A stretch of DNA of 64,000 nt from Pseudomonadales bacterium (GCA_016779585.1 JADHNI010000002.1:24441-88440), one strand, 5' to 3'. Shown: positions 34,932-45,173, numbered from the stretch's first letter. Translations and numbers: made by a program. The notes: a model not told the origin generated them from the letters alone.

Positions 34932-35711
34932 ATGGACTACAAGAACATTCAGCTCGACTATGTTGGTCGTGTTGCCGTGCTAAAACTGAATGCACCTGAG
35001 GTGCTTAATGCTTTGTCTGCTGACATGGTCTCGGAGATCTCGCATGCCGTGACCGCGGTCACCAAAAGTGACGCGCGCTGCCTGCTGATGACTGGTGAAG
35101 GACGAGCGTTTTGTGCGGGTGCTAATCTTCAGGCTCGTGGCAGTGGTGATGAATCTGCACCCGCGGGAAGCGTACTGGAAACCCACTATCATCCGTTGAT
35201 GAACAAGCTGAAGAATATGGATATCCCCATGGTGAGTGCTGTGAACGGACCCTGCGTGGGCGTCGGCATGAGCTTTGCGGTGATGGCAGACATGGTTATC
35301 GCGGGCAAAAGCGCCTACTTCCTGCAGGCATTTGCCAATATCGGTCTGGTGCCGGATGGCGGTGCAACCTGGCTCCTGCCACGGCTGATTGGCTGGGGAC
35401 GTGCAGTGGAACTTTCCATGATGGCGGAACGCCTGCCTGCGGAGAAAGCCTTTGACTGGGGGCTGGTTAACCGCCTGGTCGAGGATGACCAGTTAATGGA
35501 TGAGGCGATGGCAGTTGCTGAGAAGCTCGCCAATGGTCCCATGTCACTGGGATTGATCCGAAAGGCCTACTGGCAGACCTTCAACAACAGCTACGCAGAG
35601 CAGTTCCAGCTTGAGGCCAACCTGCAGAACCAGGCGGGTGCCTCCGCAGACAACAGGGAAGGCGTGCAGGCATTCCTGGAAAAACGGTCCGCGAAATTCA
35701 CGGGCAAATAG
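34932..35711 (+). CDS. Enoyl-CoA hydratase/isomerase family protein
   Basis: 259 aa with LKLNAPEVLNAL, TGEGRAFCAGANL and AVNGPCVGVG. Confidence 0.88.
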   Translation: MDYKNIQLDYVGRVAVLKLNAPEVLNALSADMVSEISHAVTAVTKSDARCLLMTGEGRAFCAGANLQARGSGDESAPAGSVLETHYHPLMNKLKNMDIPMVSAVNGPCVGVGMSFAVMADMVIAGKSAYFLQAFANIGLVPDGGATWLLPRLIGWGRAVELSMMAERLPAEKAFDWGLVNRLVEDDQLMDEAMAVAEKLANGPMSLGLIRKAYWQTFNNSYAEQFQLEANLQNQAGASADNREGVQAFLEKRSAKFTGK

Positions 35712-35790
35712 GAGGATATTCCGGTAGTATTGGACGCTGTTTTTTCAGGTAACACCGCTCTAGTAGCGATTTGATTTAGGGAGCCAAGCG

Positions 35791-36921
35791 ATGCCTTTGG
35801 TATTGAACGAAGACCAGAATATGCTCAAGGACTCTGCCAAGAGTTTCTGTGCTGATAACACACCAATCACCCAGCTGCGTCGTCTGCGTGACGACAATGA
35901 CGAATCCGGATTTGACAGGAACACCTGGCAGCAGATGGTTGAGCTCGGCTGGACGGGTATTACCGTGCCGGAAGAGTTTGGTGGCCTGGGCTTTGGCTAC
36001 ATGGGTCTTGGTGTGGTTATGGAAGAGTGCGGTCGCACGTTGACGGCTTCCCCCCTGTTTGCAACCGCGGTACTGGGTACCACAGCTATTGTGGAAGGCG
36101 GTACACAGGAGCAGAAATCAGAACTGCTCGGCCAGGTTGTTGCCGGTGAACTGCTGCTGGCGCTTGCGCTTGAAGAAACGCCTCATCACAGTCCCTATGG
36201 ATCAGCAACCAAAGCTGAAAAGTCCGGTGACGGTTACAAGGTCAGTGGCAGCAAGAAGTTTGTGCTTGATGGTCACGTCGCGGACAAAATTGTTGTTGTG
36301 GCGCGTACCGCTGGCAGTGCAGGGGATCGTGACGGTCTGACGCTGGTCATGGTTGATCGCGAGGCAGCTGGCGTATCGGTAACAAGAACCATCATGGCGG
36401 ATTCGCGTAATGCCGCAAACATCGAGTTTGATGGCGCAGAAGGTGCGCTGCTGGGTGAAGAAGGCAAAGGCGCCGACGTACTGGACAAGGTTCTTGATGC
36501 GGGTCGTATCCTGCTGTCAGCGGAAATGCTGGGTGGTGTCCAGGAGTGTTTCGAGCGTACCGTTGAATACCTGAAGACCCGTGAACAGTTTGGTGTGCCC
36601 ATCGGGTCCTTCCAGGCACTGAAGCACCGCGCGGCACAGATGTTCTGTGAAGTGGAGCTTTCAAAGTCTGTTGTGCTGGAAGCATTGTCTGCACTGGACG
36701 AAAATTCTGAACAGATTGCAGAGTTGGCGAGCCTCACCAAAGCGCGCCTCAACGATACCTACAACCTCGTTAGCAGCGAAGGCGTGCAGATGCATGGCGG
36801 TATCGGCATGACTGATGAGTACGAGATCGGTTTCTTCATGAAGCGTTCACGAGTCTGTGAACACACGCTGGGTGGTAGCGCGTTCCACCGTGATCGATAC
36901 GGCGTGCTGCAGGGCTACTAA
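35791..36921 (+). CDS. Acyl-CoA dehydrogenase
   Basis: 376 aa with the ACAD fold (W..MVELGW.GI.VPEEFGG; QFGVPIGSFQALKHR; MHGGIGMTDE). Confidence 0.88.
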   Translation: MPLVLNEDQNMLKDSAKSFCADNTPITQLRRLRDDNDESGFDRNTWQQMVELGWTGITVPEEFGGLGFGYMGLGVVMEECGRTLTASPLFATAVLGTTAIVEGGTQEQKSELLGQVVAGELLLALALEETPHHSPYGSATKAEKSGDGYKVSGSKKFVLDGHVADKIVVVARTAGSAGDRDGLTLVMVDREAAGVSVTRTIMADSRNAANIEFDGAEGALLGEEGKGADVLDKVLDAGRILLSAEMLGGVQECFERTVEYLKTREQFGVPIGSFQALKHRAAQMFCEVELSKSVVLEALSALDENSEQIAELASLTKARLNDTYNLVSSEGVQMHGGIGMTDEYEIGFFMKRSRVCEHTLGGSAFHRDRYGVLQGY

Positions 36922-36941
36922 ACGCTTCCCATCTAAAAACA

Positions 36942-36964
36942 GAGGCCTCGCTATTGCGAGGCCC
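36942..36964 (+). terminator. GC-rich hairpin downstream of the ACAD gene (GAGGCCTCGC-TATT-GCGAGGCC)
   Basis: A perfect 9-10 bp stem 20 nt after the TAA, flanked by an outer AAACAG/CTGTTT pairing. There is no clear U-tract. Confidence 0.5.
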
Positions 36965-37217
36965 ACGGCTGTTTGCGCAAAACCTTTCCGTTTATACACT
37001 TCACGATACCGAGCGTCCGGTTTTTGAGTTGTTCCCTGGCGGGAAATCCTCTCAGGACCTTGTCCTCGGCGTCTTTCGTGTTGGCAGATTTTGATGTCCG
37101 CCCTGGTTACGATCTTTCGATCTTGTTGCCACTGTACGCCCCTGCCGCGCAGAAGTTAAAGAACCTTTTCTTCTGAGCAGGTCGGGTTTAGAAGTGCTGG
37201 CGATAACGGTCGTTTCT

Positions 37218-38351
37218 TCAGTCGACCTTGCGCAGTTTGCCGGGTTGGTTCATCGAACAGTTAAAGAAGTCGCAAAGGATGGGCCTGAAGCGGTCCATGT
37301 CCACCAGAAATGCATCATGTCCCTGGATCGAGGGTAGTGCGTGGAACTTTACTTCGCGCTGACCATCTTCAAGACCATCAGCGATACGCTTCTGGTGATC
37401 AATCGGGAACAGCAGGTCGGTATCAACTCCGATAACGAGGGCTCGCTTCGCGCCGATTCTTCTGAGCCCGGCTTCCACGGAACCTCCATGGTCAGCCACG
37501 TCAAACAGATCCATCGCCCGGGATAGGTACAGGTAGGAATTGGCATCGAAGGTCCCAATCCATTTGTCAGCGTGGGCTTCCAGGTAGGACTCGACTTCGA
37601 AATCAATGCCGAAGGGTTCGCCCGTCTGGCGGCCGTCGGGAATCAGCTCCCGGCCGAACCGTTGTTCCAGTTCTGTAGCGCTGCGATAGGTCAGCATGCC
37701 CAGCTTGCGCGCAAGACGCATACCGGTTATAGGTTCTTCATCCGGCGCATAGCTGCCGTGGTTCCACACTGGATCGCTGCGGATAATTTCCCGTTGCAGG
37801 GAACGCAGGGAAATGGCAAAGGCGGATGCCCTGGGGGAACCTGAAATACTCACCAGGCCCTCGGCAACGTTGGGGAACAGCATGGAATAGGCAAGGCAGG
37901 TCATGCCACCCATGGAGGCGCCGACCACCGCATGCAGCCTGGTCAGGCCCAGGGATTTCACTACATCGTGCCCGGCACGGGCGATGTCTTCGATGGTTAA
38001 TACCGGGAAATGCAGACCATAACGCTCGCCGGTTTCGGGATTGATGCTGGAAGGGCCGGTTGAACCGAAGCAACTGCCCAGCGAATTCACGCAGATCACG
38101 AAGTACTTGGTGGTGTCGATCGGTTTGCTTTCACCCAGCATCTGTTCCCACCAGCCATTGGATGGATCGTCCTCGGACGAAGCCGCGTGGGCTGAAGGAG
38201 AAAGCCCTGTGAACAACAGGATGCCGTTGTCACGCTGGAAGTTCAGTTCACCCCAGGTCTCATAGGCAACGACGGGACTTTCCAGATGACCATTGCGCAT
38301 CCTGAAGGTGCCTTCAATCTGGTGGAATTTTCTGGCTGCAACCATATCCAT
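37218..38351 (-). CDS. metX: Homoserine O-acyltransferase (MetX family)
   Basis: 377 aa. Typical MetX N-terminus (F.L..G..L....VAYETWG.LN....N.IL) and nucleophile elbow GASMGGM. No metW is adjacent. Confidence 0.88.
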   Translation of the reverse strand: MDMVAARKFHQIEGTFRMRNGHLESPVVAYETWGELNFQRDNGILLFTGLSPSAHAASSEDDPSNGWWEQMLGESKPIDTTKYFVICVNSLGSCFGSTGPSSINPETGERYGLHFPVLTIEDIARAGHDVVKSLGLTRLHAVVGASMGGMTCLAYSMLFPNVAEGLVSISGSPRASAFAISLRSLQREIIRSDPVWNHGSYAPDEEPITGMRLARKLGMLTYRSATELEQRFGRELIPDGRQTGEPFGIDFEVESYLEAHADKWIGTFDANSYLYLSRAMDLFDVADHGGSVEAGLRRIGAKRALVIGVDTDLLFPIDHQKRIADGLEDGQREVKFHALPSIQGHDAFLVDMDRFRPILCDFFNCSMNQPGKLRKVD

Positions 38352-38481
38352 CTCCCTCGAGGGGGCCTATTGTGCGCTTCTGGCCGCTTTTGTCCAATAG
38401 ACCGCGTTGCTTACATCGAAATGCAATGTTTCTGATTTTGCAGATATTGCAACATGCGGTTGTCAATCGTAATCTGGAGCC

Positions 38482-39366
38482 ATGGATATCAGCAGTCTCA
38501 GGCTATTCATTACACTGTCGCGCAATTTGCATTTCGGCAAAACCAGTGAGGAGATGCACATGTCACCCTCTGCGGTGAGTCGTTCTATCCAGCGCCTGGA
38601 AGACCAGTTGGGGCACGCGCTGCTCGTTCGTGATAACCGGAGTGCACAACTGACCGAAGCCGGGCAGATATTCCTCGAGTATGCTCTGGAAGTCGTCAAG
38701 CGCTATGAGTCCCTGCAACGGGATCTGGAAGGAAAGTCGGATGTGCTTCGAGGACAGCTGTCTCTTTTTGCCTCTGTCACGGCAAGCCAGAGTATCCTGC
38801 CGAAGGTGCTGACGGATTTTCGAAGGCGCTATCCGGAGATCCACATACAACTGGAGACAGGCTACGCGGTCAATGCATTGTCGAAGCTGGCTGAAGGCAT
38901 TGATGTCGTCGTCGCTGCACTACCTTATGGCAATGAGCCCGATGACCAGTTGCAGAAGAAGATTATCACCTCGATTCCGCTTCAGACGGTCGCACCTGCC
39001 ACCGGTGAATTTGATGGGCTTCTTAAAAATGGCAAGGTTGACTGGGCTGAGGTACCGCTCATTCTGCCATCCACGGGCCAGGTGCGGCAGAATATTGATG
39101 CCTGGCTGCGAGTCAACAACATAGTGCCTAACGTCTACGCCGAGGTGCCCGGTAATGAGGCAATCCTGTCACTGGTGGCGCTTGGTTGCGGCGTCGGATT
39201 CGTGCCGGAACTCGTGATACGGGAAAGCCCGCTGGCGGGGCAGGTGATGATTGTGCCGGACGGCCCCGAGTTGGAAGATTTCCACGTTGGCTTCTGCACG
39301 CGCCAGAAGAACCTGGATGTGTCCCCGATTATCAGGGCGTTCTGGGAGTCTATTCGTACCGACTAG
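38482..39366 (+). CDS. LysR-family transcriptional regulator (IlvY-like N-terminus), divergent from metX
   Basis: HTH LRLFITLSRNLHFGKTSEEMHMSPSAVSRSIQRLEDQLGHALLVRDNR, 294 aa. Confidence 0.85.
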   Translation: MDISSLRLFITLSRNLHFGKTSEEMHMSPSAVSRSIQRLEDQLGHALLVRDNRSAQLTEAGQIFLEYALEVVKRYESLQRDLEGKSDVLRGQLSLFASVTASQSILPKVLTDFRRRYPEIHIQLETGYAVNALSKLAEGIDVVVAALPYGNEPDDQLQKKIITSIPLQTVAPATGEFDGLLKNGKVDWAEVPLILPSTGQVRQNIDAWLRVNNIVPNVYAEVPGNEAILSLVALGCGVGFVPELVIRESPLAGQVMIVPDGPELEDFHVGFCTRQKNLDVSPIIRAFWESIRTD

Positions 39367-39956
39367 TCCGGCCGGGTCAGTGGGTGTCGAGTGATTTTTT
39401 CTACCAGGTCGCATTCCGCGCCGGAAAGTTCTGGAAACTGCTGGAGCAGCGCCTGGATGATGGCGCCTGAGGTGGGTGGTTCCCGCAGATTGGCATGTTC
39501 CCAGAAGTTCTCCACGACCCATTTTGCCGCTTCGAGACAGGGCGTGCTGTAGTGATTACCCTTGTAGCGATGGCGAATCAGTTCCTCTGCCTTTGACAAT
39601 TCCTTAGGGATCACGATGCCGTCCCTGTGAGCCCATTCGAAAACCTGTTCGCTGAGGATGTAGGTTTTGCCAAAATATTTCTGGCTCTTTACCACCTCCA
39701 GGTCCTTGTGCAGGGCCCCGCGCACCCGATTTTCCATCTCAAGCACATCTTCATCCAGTTGCCTGTGCTGCTTGCCTTTCAGGAACATCTCCCGGTGGGG
39801 CACACACCCGGTCAGTAGATTTGCTGTTTCTTCTATGGTCCAGTGAGGGTAGGAACACCATTCCAGGGCATACTGGTAATACTCATCGGGATACTGGTAG
39901 AACAGGCCACTGCGCTTGATCGCCCGCGTTTTGCGTTCCTGGGTGTTGTCTTCCAT
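39363..39956 (-). CDS. Hypothetical protein
   Basis: 197 aa and soluble, with no motif recognised. Overlaps the LysR gene stop by 4 nt (convergent). Confidence 0.55.
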   Translation of the reverse strand: MEDNTQERKTRAIKRSGLFYQYPDEYYQYALEWCSYPHWTIEETANLLTGCVPHREMFLKGKQHRQLDEDVLEMENRVRGALHKDLEVVKSQKYFGKTYILSEQVFEWAHRDGIVIPKELSKAEELIRHRYKGNHYSTPCLEAAKWVVENFWEHANLREPPTSGAIIQALLQQFPELSGAECDLVEKITRHPLTRPD

Positions 39957-40122
39957 ATTTGATCATCTTAGACAAGAGAACCTGCGATTGGCAGGTACAG
40001 CGGATGGCCGGTCGCCTGAGCCGGAATGAGTGGTGAGTTGGGCGGTTGGTCGAAAGTTGCGCCTTAATTGTTTTCAATTTGCCCCTCTTCAAAAAATGTC
40101 TCAAGCGGTCTAAAGAGTTCTC

Positions 40123-42552
40123 ATGGCGGAAACTTTCAACCTTGTTCTCTATCCACAGGTCCAGGATGGGGAAAGTGTCGACGAAGTCAAAGAAAAGCTG
40201 TGCACGACACTGAGTGTCGATGCGGCGACGGTTGATACCTGGTATGCCACAGATAGCCCCACGGCGATCCTCAAGGATGTAGAGGAAGAAACCGGGGCCA
40301 AGTACGTGGAAGCAATTTTAGGATGTGGCGCTCAGGCGAACCTGCAGCCGTCCGGGGAAGACAAATCTGCCTGGTCGCTGGAACAGATGACCAAGGCGGA
40401 ATTCACGGATCTGTTTATCTGCCCGAGCTGTGAACACGAGGAAGAATATCCGCGTGGCGAGAAACCGGAGCAGTGTCCCAAGTGCGGTCTGGTCATCGCG
40501 AAGTGGGAAGAAAAAATGAAAGAGGAGGCGGAGAAAGAAAAAATCCGTCGACGACTCATGCGCGACCAGCGACTGCAGGGTGACGAGGCAGCTGACCGTG
40601 AAGCAAAGAAAGCCGAGCTTGAACGCCTGCGTAAGCTGGAGCGTGAAATCATGCTGGAGCTGGGCATCAAGCCCCCGGGCCCTCTATGGATGTTCTTCGA
40701 GAAGTACACAATACCTGTTAGCTTCGCTGTCACCGTCATGATCATTGCGGCTACCGGTGTGATGTTCCATTTCGTTGACCAATGGCTGGACCAGCAGGCG
40801 TATGAGGAAAAAGTTGCGGAACCGGCCAGTGATGATATCCAGGGTATTGCACCGGTAATGGCGGCAGCGGTTCAGTTGCAGCAGAACGGCAACTCGGGTG
40901 TGGTTACGGAGATTGCTGACGCCACTCAGCTCTTGAATGGCACGGGTAACCAGGCCAGGCAACAGATCACTGAAGCTGCGCAACAGATGATGAAAGGCGT
41001 GCAACCGGAAGCGTTTATTGGCGTTGCCCAGCAGATGTCCCTGCCATCCACGGTAGCAAAGGTGTCTCCCGGTGAAGTTGAACCGGCTCGCGTCAACGTC
41101 GACACCATTGGTGGCGTCTCGGGACTGACCGGTGTCACCGACTTCGCGCCAACCCAGCTCGATACCATGTCGCCGCCGCTGCTTGAGCATGGCCATGAAA
41201 AGATACTTGCCGTGCTGACCGACAAGCAACTGATCAAGGACCAGCTTAATCCTGAAGGTCCCGAAATTGTGGTTGAGGCCATTGACGAGATGGACGGCTC
41301 CGCCATTGTCACGCTCATGTCATCCATCGGCAAAGACCAGGAATGGGATCAGTATTTGCTGTCAGAGGTGAAACAGTATGTGTTGAACACGCAGGTTGAC
41401 GAAGCAGGCAAGCTCGCCGAGCGTATTGAGAATCCTGTATCGCGTATCCACGCCTACGGCGCGATCATGGAAGAACACCAGATCAATGAAAATCTGTCTG
41501 AATTGAAAGCTTACCGTGCCCGTGTGCGCCTTGATCTCGACAAGATTGCAGACCCGGATATACGTGCCAGGGTCATCCTGGAGCTGGGAGAGAAAATGGC
41601 GGATGCCGGCAGTGAGGATGAGCCTTACGATGCCATGGATCGGGTGGCAACCCTGGCAACCGACAGCGAAAGCCCGAAGGAGGAGTCTTCACTTGTGGCA
41701 CGCCTTGCTGTATCCAAGTTGCGCGTCGGGGACCAGGCTGGTGCCGAGCGCGACATGCAACGCGCGATGAACATCGCCGGGCGTATCACGGACCTTTCAG
41801 ACCGCATCTCGGCATTCACGAAACTCGCGCAGCGCTATTACTATGTACGTAACGTGACACTCGCCTCAGAGATTCTTGCCGAGGCGTCGGTTATTGCAGC
41901 GACCAGGCTGGAATATGAGCCGCGTTCTGTCGCCTTTGGCGAAATTGCACTGGCTCGCGCTTACGTGGGAGATCTTGAAGGTGCACGCCAGGCGATTCGA
42001 AACGCCGCCCAGGGTGAGGGGGAGCAGCAGTTAATTTCCAAGATTGCTGAAATGCTGCTGGGAGAAGGTCGTTACTACGAGGCGCTGTCCTGGATGGAAA
42101 CGCTGACCGATGATGTCGAATATGCGCGCCTTGAGCTGCGACTATCCAGTGCGCTCTTCTATGCCGGTCGACGCCAGGAAGCGCTCAACCTTATGGAGCA
42201 ATCTGCTCCCAGGATGCAGCTTGTCTATGAACACTCGGAACGTGGGCTTTTGACCAGCCAGTATGCGCGGTTCTTTGCTCGATTGGGTCGCCAGGAGAAG
42301 GCAGATCAGCTTTTTGAAGATGCCGAGGAGGTGAGCGAACAACTGACCGGCAGGAAAGCGCAGGTGAACCTGGCACTGGTTGCACTGGATCGCGCACGGG
42401 TCTTCCAGCTGGCCTGGGCGAAAGAAATCGTTCGCGAGGAGCTGACAGATACCGTGGTCAGAGATCCGATTGATGCGGAAATCCTGGCTACCGAACGCAT
42501 TGTGAAGAACCTCTTGCCGGAAGGAAGAATCGTCGAACCGCAGGAAGATTGA
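40123..42552 (+). CDS. Hypothetical 809-aa protein: small N-terminal domain, zinc ribbon, charged coiled coil, one TM helix, long helical-repeat (TPR-like) C-terminus
   Basis: CPSCEHEEEYPRGEKPEQCPKCG, a KE/R-rich stretch, the TM helix YTIPVSFAVTVMIIAATGVMFHF, and C-terminal repeats with A/L/Y/G spacing (ARAYVGDLEGARQAIRNA, GRYYEALSWMETL, YAGRRQEALNLMEQ, LGRQEKADQLFEDA). Confidence 0.65.
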   Translation: MAETFNLVLYPQVQDGESVDEVKEKLCTTLSVDAATVDTWYATDSPTAILKDVEEETGAKYVEAILGCGAQANLQPSGEDKSAWSLEQMTKAEFTDLFICPSCEHEEEYPRGEKPEQCPKCGLVIAKWEEKMKEEAEKEKIRRRLMRDQRLQGDEAADREAKKAELERLRKLEREIMLELGIKPPGPLWMFFEKYTIPVSFAVTVMIIAATGVMFHFVDQWLDQQAYEEKVAEPASDDIQGIAPVMAAAVQLQQNGNSGVVTEIADATQLLNGTGNQARQQITEAAQQMMKGVQPEAFIGVAQQMSLPSTVAKVSPGEVEPARVNVDTIGGVSGLTGVTDFAPTQLDTMSPPLLEHGHEKILAVLTDKQLIKDQLNPEGPEIVVEAIDEMDGSAIVTLMSSIGKDQEWDQYLLSEVKQYVLNTQVDEAGKLAERIENPVSRIHAYGAIMEEHQINENLSELKAYRARVRLDLDKIADPDIRARVILELGEKMADAGSEDEPYDAMDRVATLATDSESPKEESSLVARLAVSKLRVGDQAGAERDMQRAMNIAGRITDLSDRISAFTKLAQRYYYVRNVTLASEILAEASVIAATRLEYEPRSVAFGEIALARAYVGDLEGARQAIRNAAQGEGEQQLISKIAEMLLGEGRYYEALSWMETLTDDVEYARLELRLSSALFYAGRRQEALNLMEQSAPRMQLVYEHSERGLLTSQYARFFARLGRQEKADQLFEDAEEVSEQLTGRKAQVNLALVALDRARVFQLAWAKEIVREELTDTVVRDPIDAEILATERIVKNLLPEGRIVEPQED

Positions 42553-42618
42553 CCCTTGAGAGATGTTTTCGCCGCGATCCCGAGTACTTCCGGAAACGCA
42601 GTCCCAAACGACGCTGCT

Positions 42619-43536
42619 TTAGCCAGGCGAACCCGGACCGTTAATCACGGTGCAGTCCTGGTACTGTTCAGCGAAGTAGTCCATGAAGCTGCGCAGTTTG
42701 GACGGCAGGTGCCGACCGGGTGAATACACCACGTGCACATCTGTCGGACCCGGCTGGAAATCCTGCAATACCTCAACGAGGCTGCCGTCAGCCACCCGGT
42801 CGCCGACCAGCCACCTTGGCACACTTGAAATACCAAGACTGGTAATTAGGGCACTTCGAATCACCTCTGAGTTGTTGCTCTGGAGGTTGCCGGATACCTT
42901 GACATGCAGCGGTTGCCCGTCCTCGCGAAAGGTTGTCTGCTCCCTGTTGCCGAGGTCAGTGTAGACAATGTAATTGTGCGCCCTGAGGTCCCGGGGATGT
43001 CCAGGTACGCCGTACTTCTCGAGATACTCTGGTGTGGCCACGGTCATGGTGGGGCTGGCGCAGAGCTTTCGGGCAATCAGGTTGGAATCGCGCAGTTTGC
43101 CCATGCGAAAAGCCACATCAATGCCTTCCTCGACCAGGTCGACCACACGATCATTCAGGGAGATATCGATTCGAATATCCGGATACTGCTCATAGAAACC
43201 GGCGAGCCTGGGCACAATGTGCAGTCGGCCGAAGGCGACGGCGGCGCTGACACGCACCAATCCCCTGGGCTGGGTCTGCAGTAGGCCGACATTCTGTTCA
43301 GCGTCCTCAACATCCTGCAGGATCGCCACACAGCGCTCGTAGTAGTCAGCCCCGGTTTCTGTCAGTCGAAGACTGCGGGTACTGCGATTGAGCAGCTTTG
43401 CCCCCAGCCAGGATTCCAGCTCCGCGATGTTCTTGCTGACCGTGGGCTGTGTGCTGTTCAGCTCTTTCGCCACCGCAGAGAAGCTGCCGGTCTCGACGAC
43501 TCGAACAAACATTTTCATCGCGGACAGGCGATCCAT
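42619..43536 (-). CDS. LysR-family transcriptional regulator
   Basis: MDRLSAMKMFVRVVETGSFSAVAKELNSTQPTVSKNIAELESWLGAKLLNRSTR. Start placed at the internal Met (43536). Confidence 0.85.
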   Translation of the reverse strand: MDRLSAMKMFVRVVETGSFSAVAKELNSTQPTVSKNIAELESWLGAKLLNRSTRSLRLTETGADYYERCVAILQDVEDAEQNVGLLQTQPRGLVRVSAAVAFGRLHIVPRLAGFYEQYPDIRIDISLNDRVVDLVEEGIDVAFRMGKLRDSNLIARKLCASPTMTVATPEYLEKYGVPGHPRDLRAHNYIVYTDLGNREQTTFREDGQPLHVKVSGNLQSNNSEVIRSALITSLGISSVPRWLVGDRVADGSLVEVLQDFQPGPTDVHVVYSPGRHLPSKLRSFMDYFAEQYQDCTVINGPGSPG

Positions 43537-43643
43537 GGCAAGACTATTCCGAGGAAGAATAAAGTGTATCGAAACAGAATCTATTATCAATAAATGCTGA
43601 ATGAATTAGGGTGAGCTTTCTTAGCGGACAACATCGGGAGATA

Positions 43644-44300
43644 ATGTGCGGCATGCCACTATCAGCCTTTCTCGACAAACTCGCCCAACTGCGTGCCAAT
43701 AACTGCGAGAACCTGCCCACTCCTGAGCTGGCCATTCTGACACGCACGGTGGCTCGCCTGAGACGCGAGGGGCTGCAGGGCAAGTGCCTGCAGGTTGGCG
43801 AGACCGCACCGGACTTTTCCTTCGAGACACACGCCGGTGAGGATTTACGGCTCTACCAGCTGCTTGAACGTGGCCCGGTGGTGCTGAACTTCTTCCGTGG
43901 CTTCTGGTGCCCATACTGCAAGACGGAACTAGATGCCTATGAGAACATCCAGGATGAATTGGACCGCATGGGTTGCAGTTACCTGGCCGTTTCGCCCCAG
44001 AAACCCGTCGATATTGAGAACCTGCCGAGCAACTACCAGGTGATTTTTGACCGGGATAATGCCATCGCCCACAGCTTTGGAATTGTCTACGAACTTGATG
44101 ATGCCGAGCGTGAGCTGTTTCAGGGGTGGGGGCTCATGCTCGACAAGGTGAACGAATCAGACAAGTGGGAGTTGCCTGTGCCCGCAACGTTCATTCTCGC
44201 GCAGGACCGGACAATCGGTTACGAATACGTGGATGTGGATTTCCGCGCCCGTTGCTGCCCCGACCAGCTCATTGCAGAGCTGAAAAGTTTTACCGGCTGA
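43644..44300 (+). CDS. AhpC/TSA-family peroxiredoxin-like thiol oxidoreductase
   Basis: FFRGFWCPYCKTEL (CxxC in a redoxin fold). The start is ambiguous (GTG 43611, ATG 43644 or 43653). Confidence 0.75.
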   Translation: MCGMPLSAFLDKLAQLRANNCENLPTPELAILTRTVARLRREGLQGKCLQVGETAPDFSFETHAGEDLRLYQLLERGPVVLNFFRGFWCPYCKTELDAYENIQDELDRMGCSYLAVSPQKPVDIENLPSNYQVIFDRDNAIAHSFGIVYELDDAERELFQGWGLMLDKVNESDKWELPVPATFILAQDRTIGYEYVDVDFRARCCPDQLIAELKSFTG

Positions 44301-44316
44301 TACTTTTCAGCTCCTT

Positions 44317-45072
44317 TCAGGGCTTCTCGAACAGCAGAGTGAATCGGTCGGTGTTGCCGGTAACGCTCTTGCGGCCTACCTCATAGCGTAGCTCGTCGTC
44401 CGGTTTGTAGTGCAGGTCGGAGTAATCCACGAACCTGAAACCTGCAGCCTCAACTTCCTTGATCACCTGGACGGGGTCAATACGTCGCCAGACCTCAGTG
44501 CCATCAGGCTGCATATGCCGACGGGTGTGATCCACAACGCCATAAAGGCCGCCTTTCTTAAGCGCCTCGAACACCGCAGCGTTGATGTTGGCGCGACCTG
44601 GTGCATCGAAGTTATGCATATTACGGAATGTGAGCGCCAGATCGACCTTGCGTACGCCGAATGAGAATTCCGGCACCGTGTAGCGACGCTCCTCGATTTC
44701 AGAGCGGCCAGCGCCATCAAAGGGGATGACCTCGGTTGAGCCAAAGCCGGGGTTGTTCTCGATCAGCTTGGCAGCATTGTTGGTGCCGATAGACAGGTAC
44801 AGCTTGCCGTTCTCTTCCAGCACCGGCCCCAGGATCCTGGTATACCAGCCACCACCTGGCAGCAGTTCGAGCACGGTCATATCGTCAGTCATACGGAAAA
44901 ACTGCAGGGTCTCCAGCGGTTTCCGATTGGCATCCCGAGCAGTGTCCTTTTCTGTCCGGCGCTCATCAGCCAGGGCTGCTTTGATTTTTTCTTCGAGGGT
45001 CCTGGGAGTGTCAGCTTCTTCGGCCAATGAAACCAGTGGCAGGCTGAGCAGGAGGGCGAGCAGGTATTTCAT
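44317..45072 (-). CDS. Secreted class I SAM-dependent methyltransferase-like protein
   Basis: Signal peptide MKYLLALLLSLPLVSLA. VLELLPGGGWYT resembles a methyltransferase motif I. Confidence 0.65.
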   Translation of the reverse strand: MKYLLALLLSLPLVSLAEEADTPRTLEEKIKAALADERRTEKDTARDANRKPLETLQFFRMTDDMTVLELLPGGGWYTRILGPVLEENGKLYLSIGTNNAAKLIENNPGFGSTEVIPFDGAGRSEIEERRYTVPEFSFGVRKVDLALTFRNMHNFDAPGRANINAAVFEALKKGGLYGVVDHTRRHMQPDGTEVWRRIDPVQVIKEVEAAGFRFVDYSDLHYKPDDELRYEVGRKSVTGNTDRFTLLFEKP

Positions 45073-45173
45073 CGGGTTATCCGGCAATAAAATTCGAGGG
45101 GAATGGTAGCATCCGCATTTCGCTCGTGACATAGTTTTGGCTCAGGTTGGCCAATTGTTTAGGCATCTTCCCG

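Noticed and set aside
36973-37176. The 67-aa ORF in the ACAD/metX gap as a real gene.
   Set aside because: It has a TTG start with no RBS, a Leu/Ser/Phe-rich composition and no motif. It is treated as non-coding; see the finding on the gap.
38352-38481. A possible SAM-type riboswitch in the metX leader.
   Set aside because: I could not trace any known SAM riboswitch consensus or pseudoknot by eye in the roughly 120-nt leader. A divergent LysR regulator offers a simpler control mechanism. A cmsearch would be needed to settle it.
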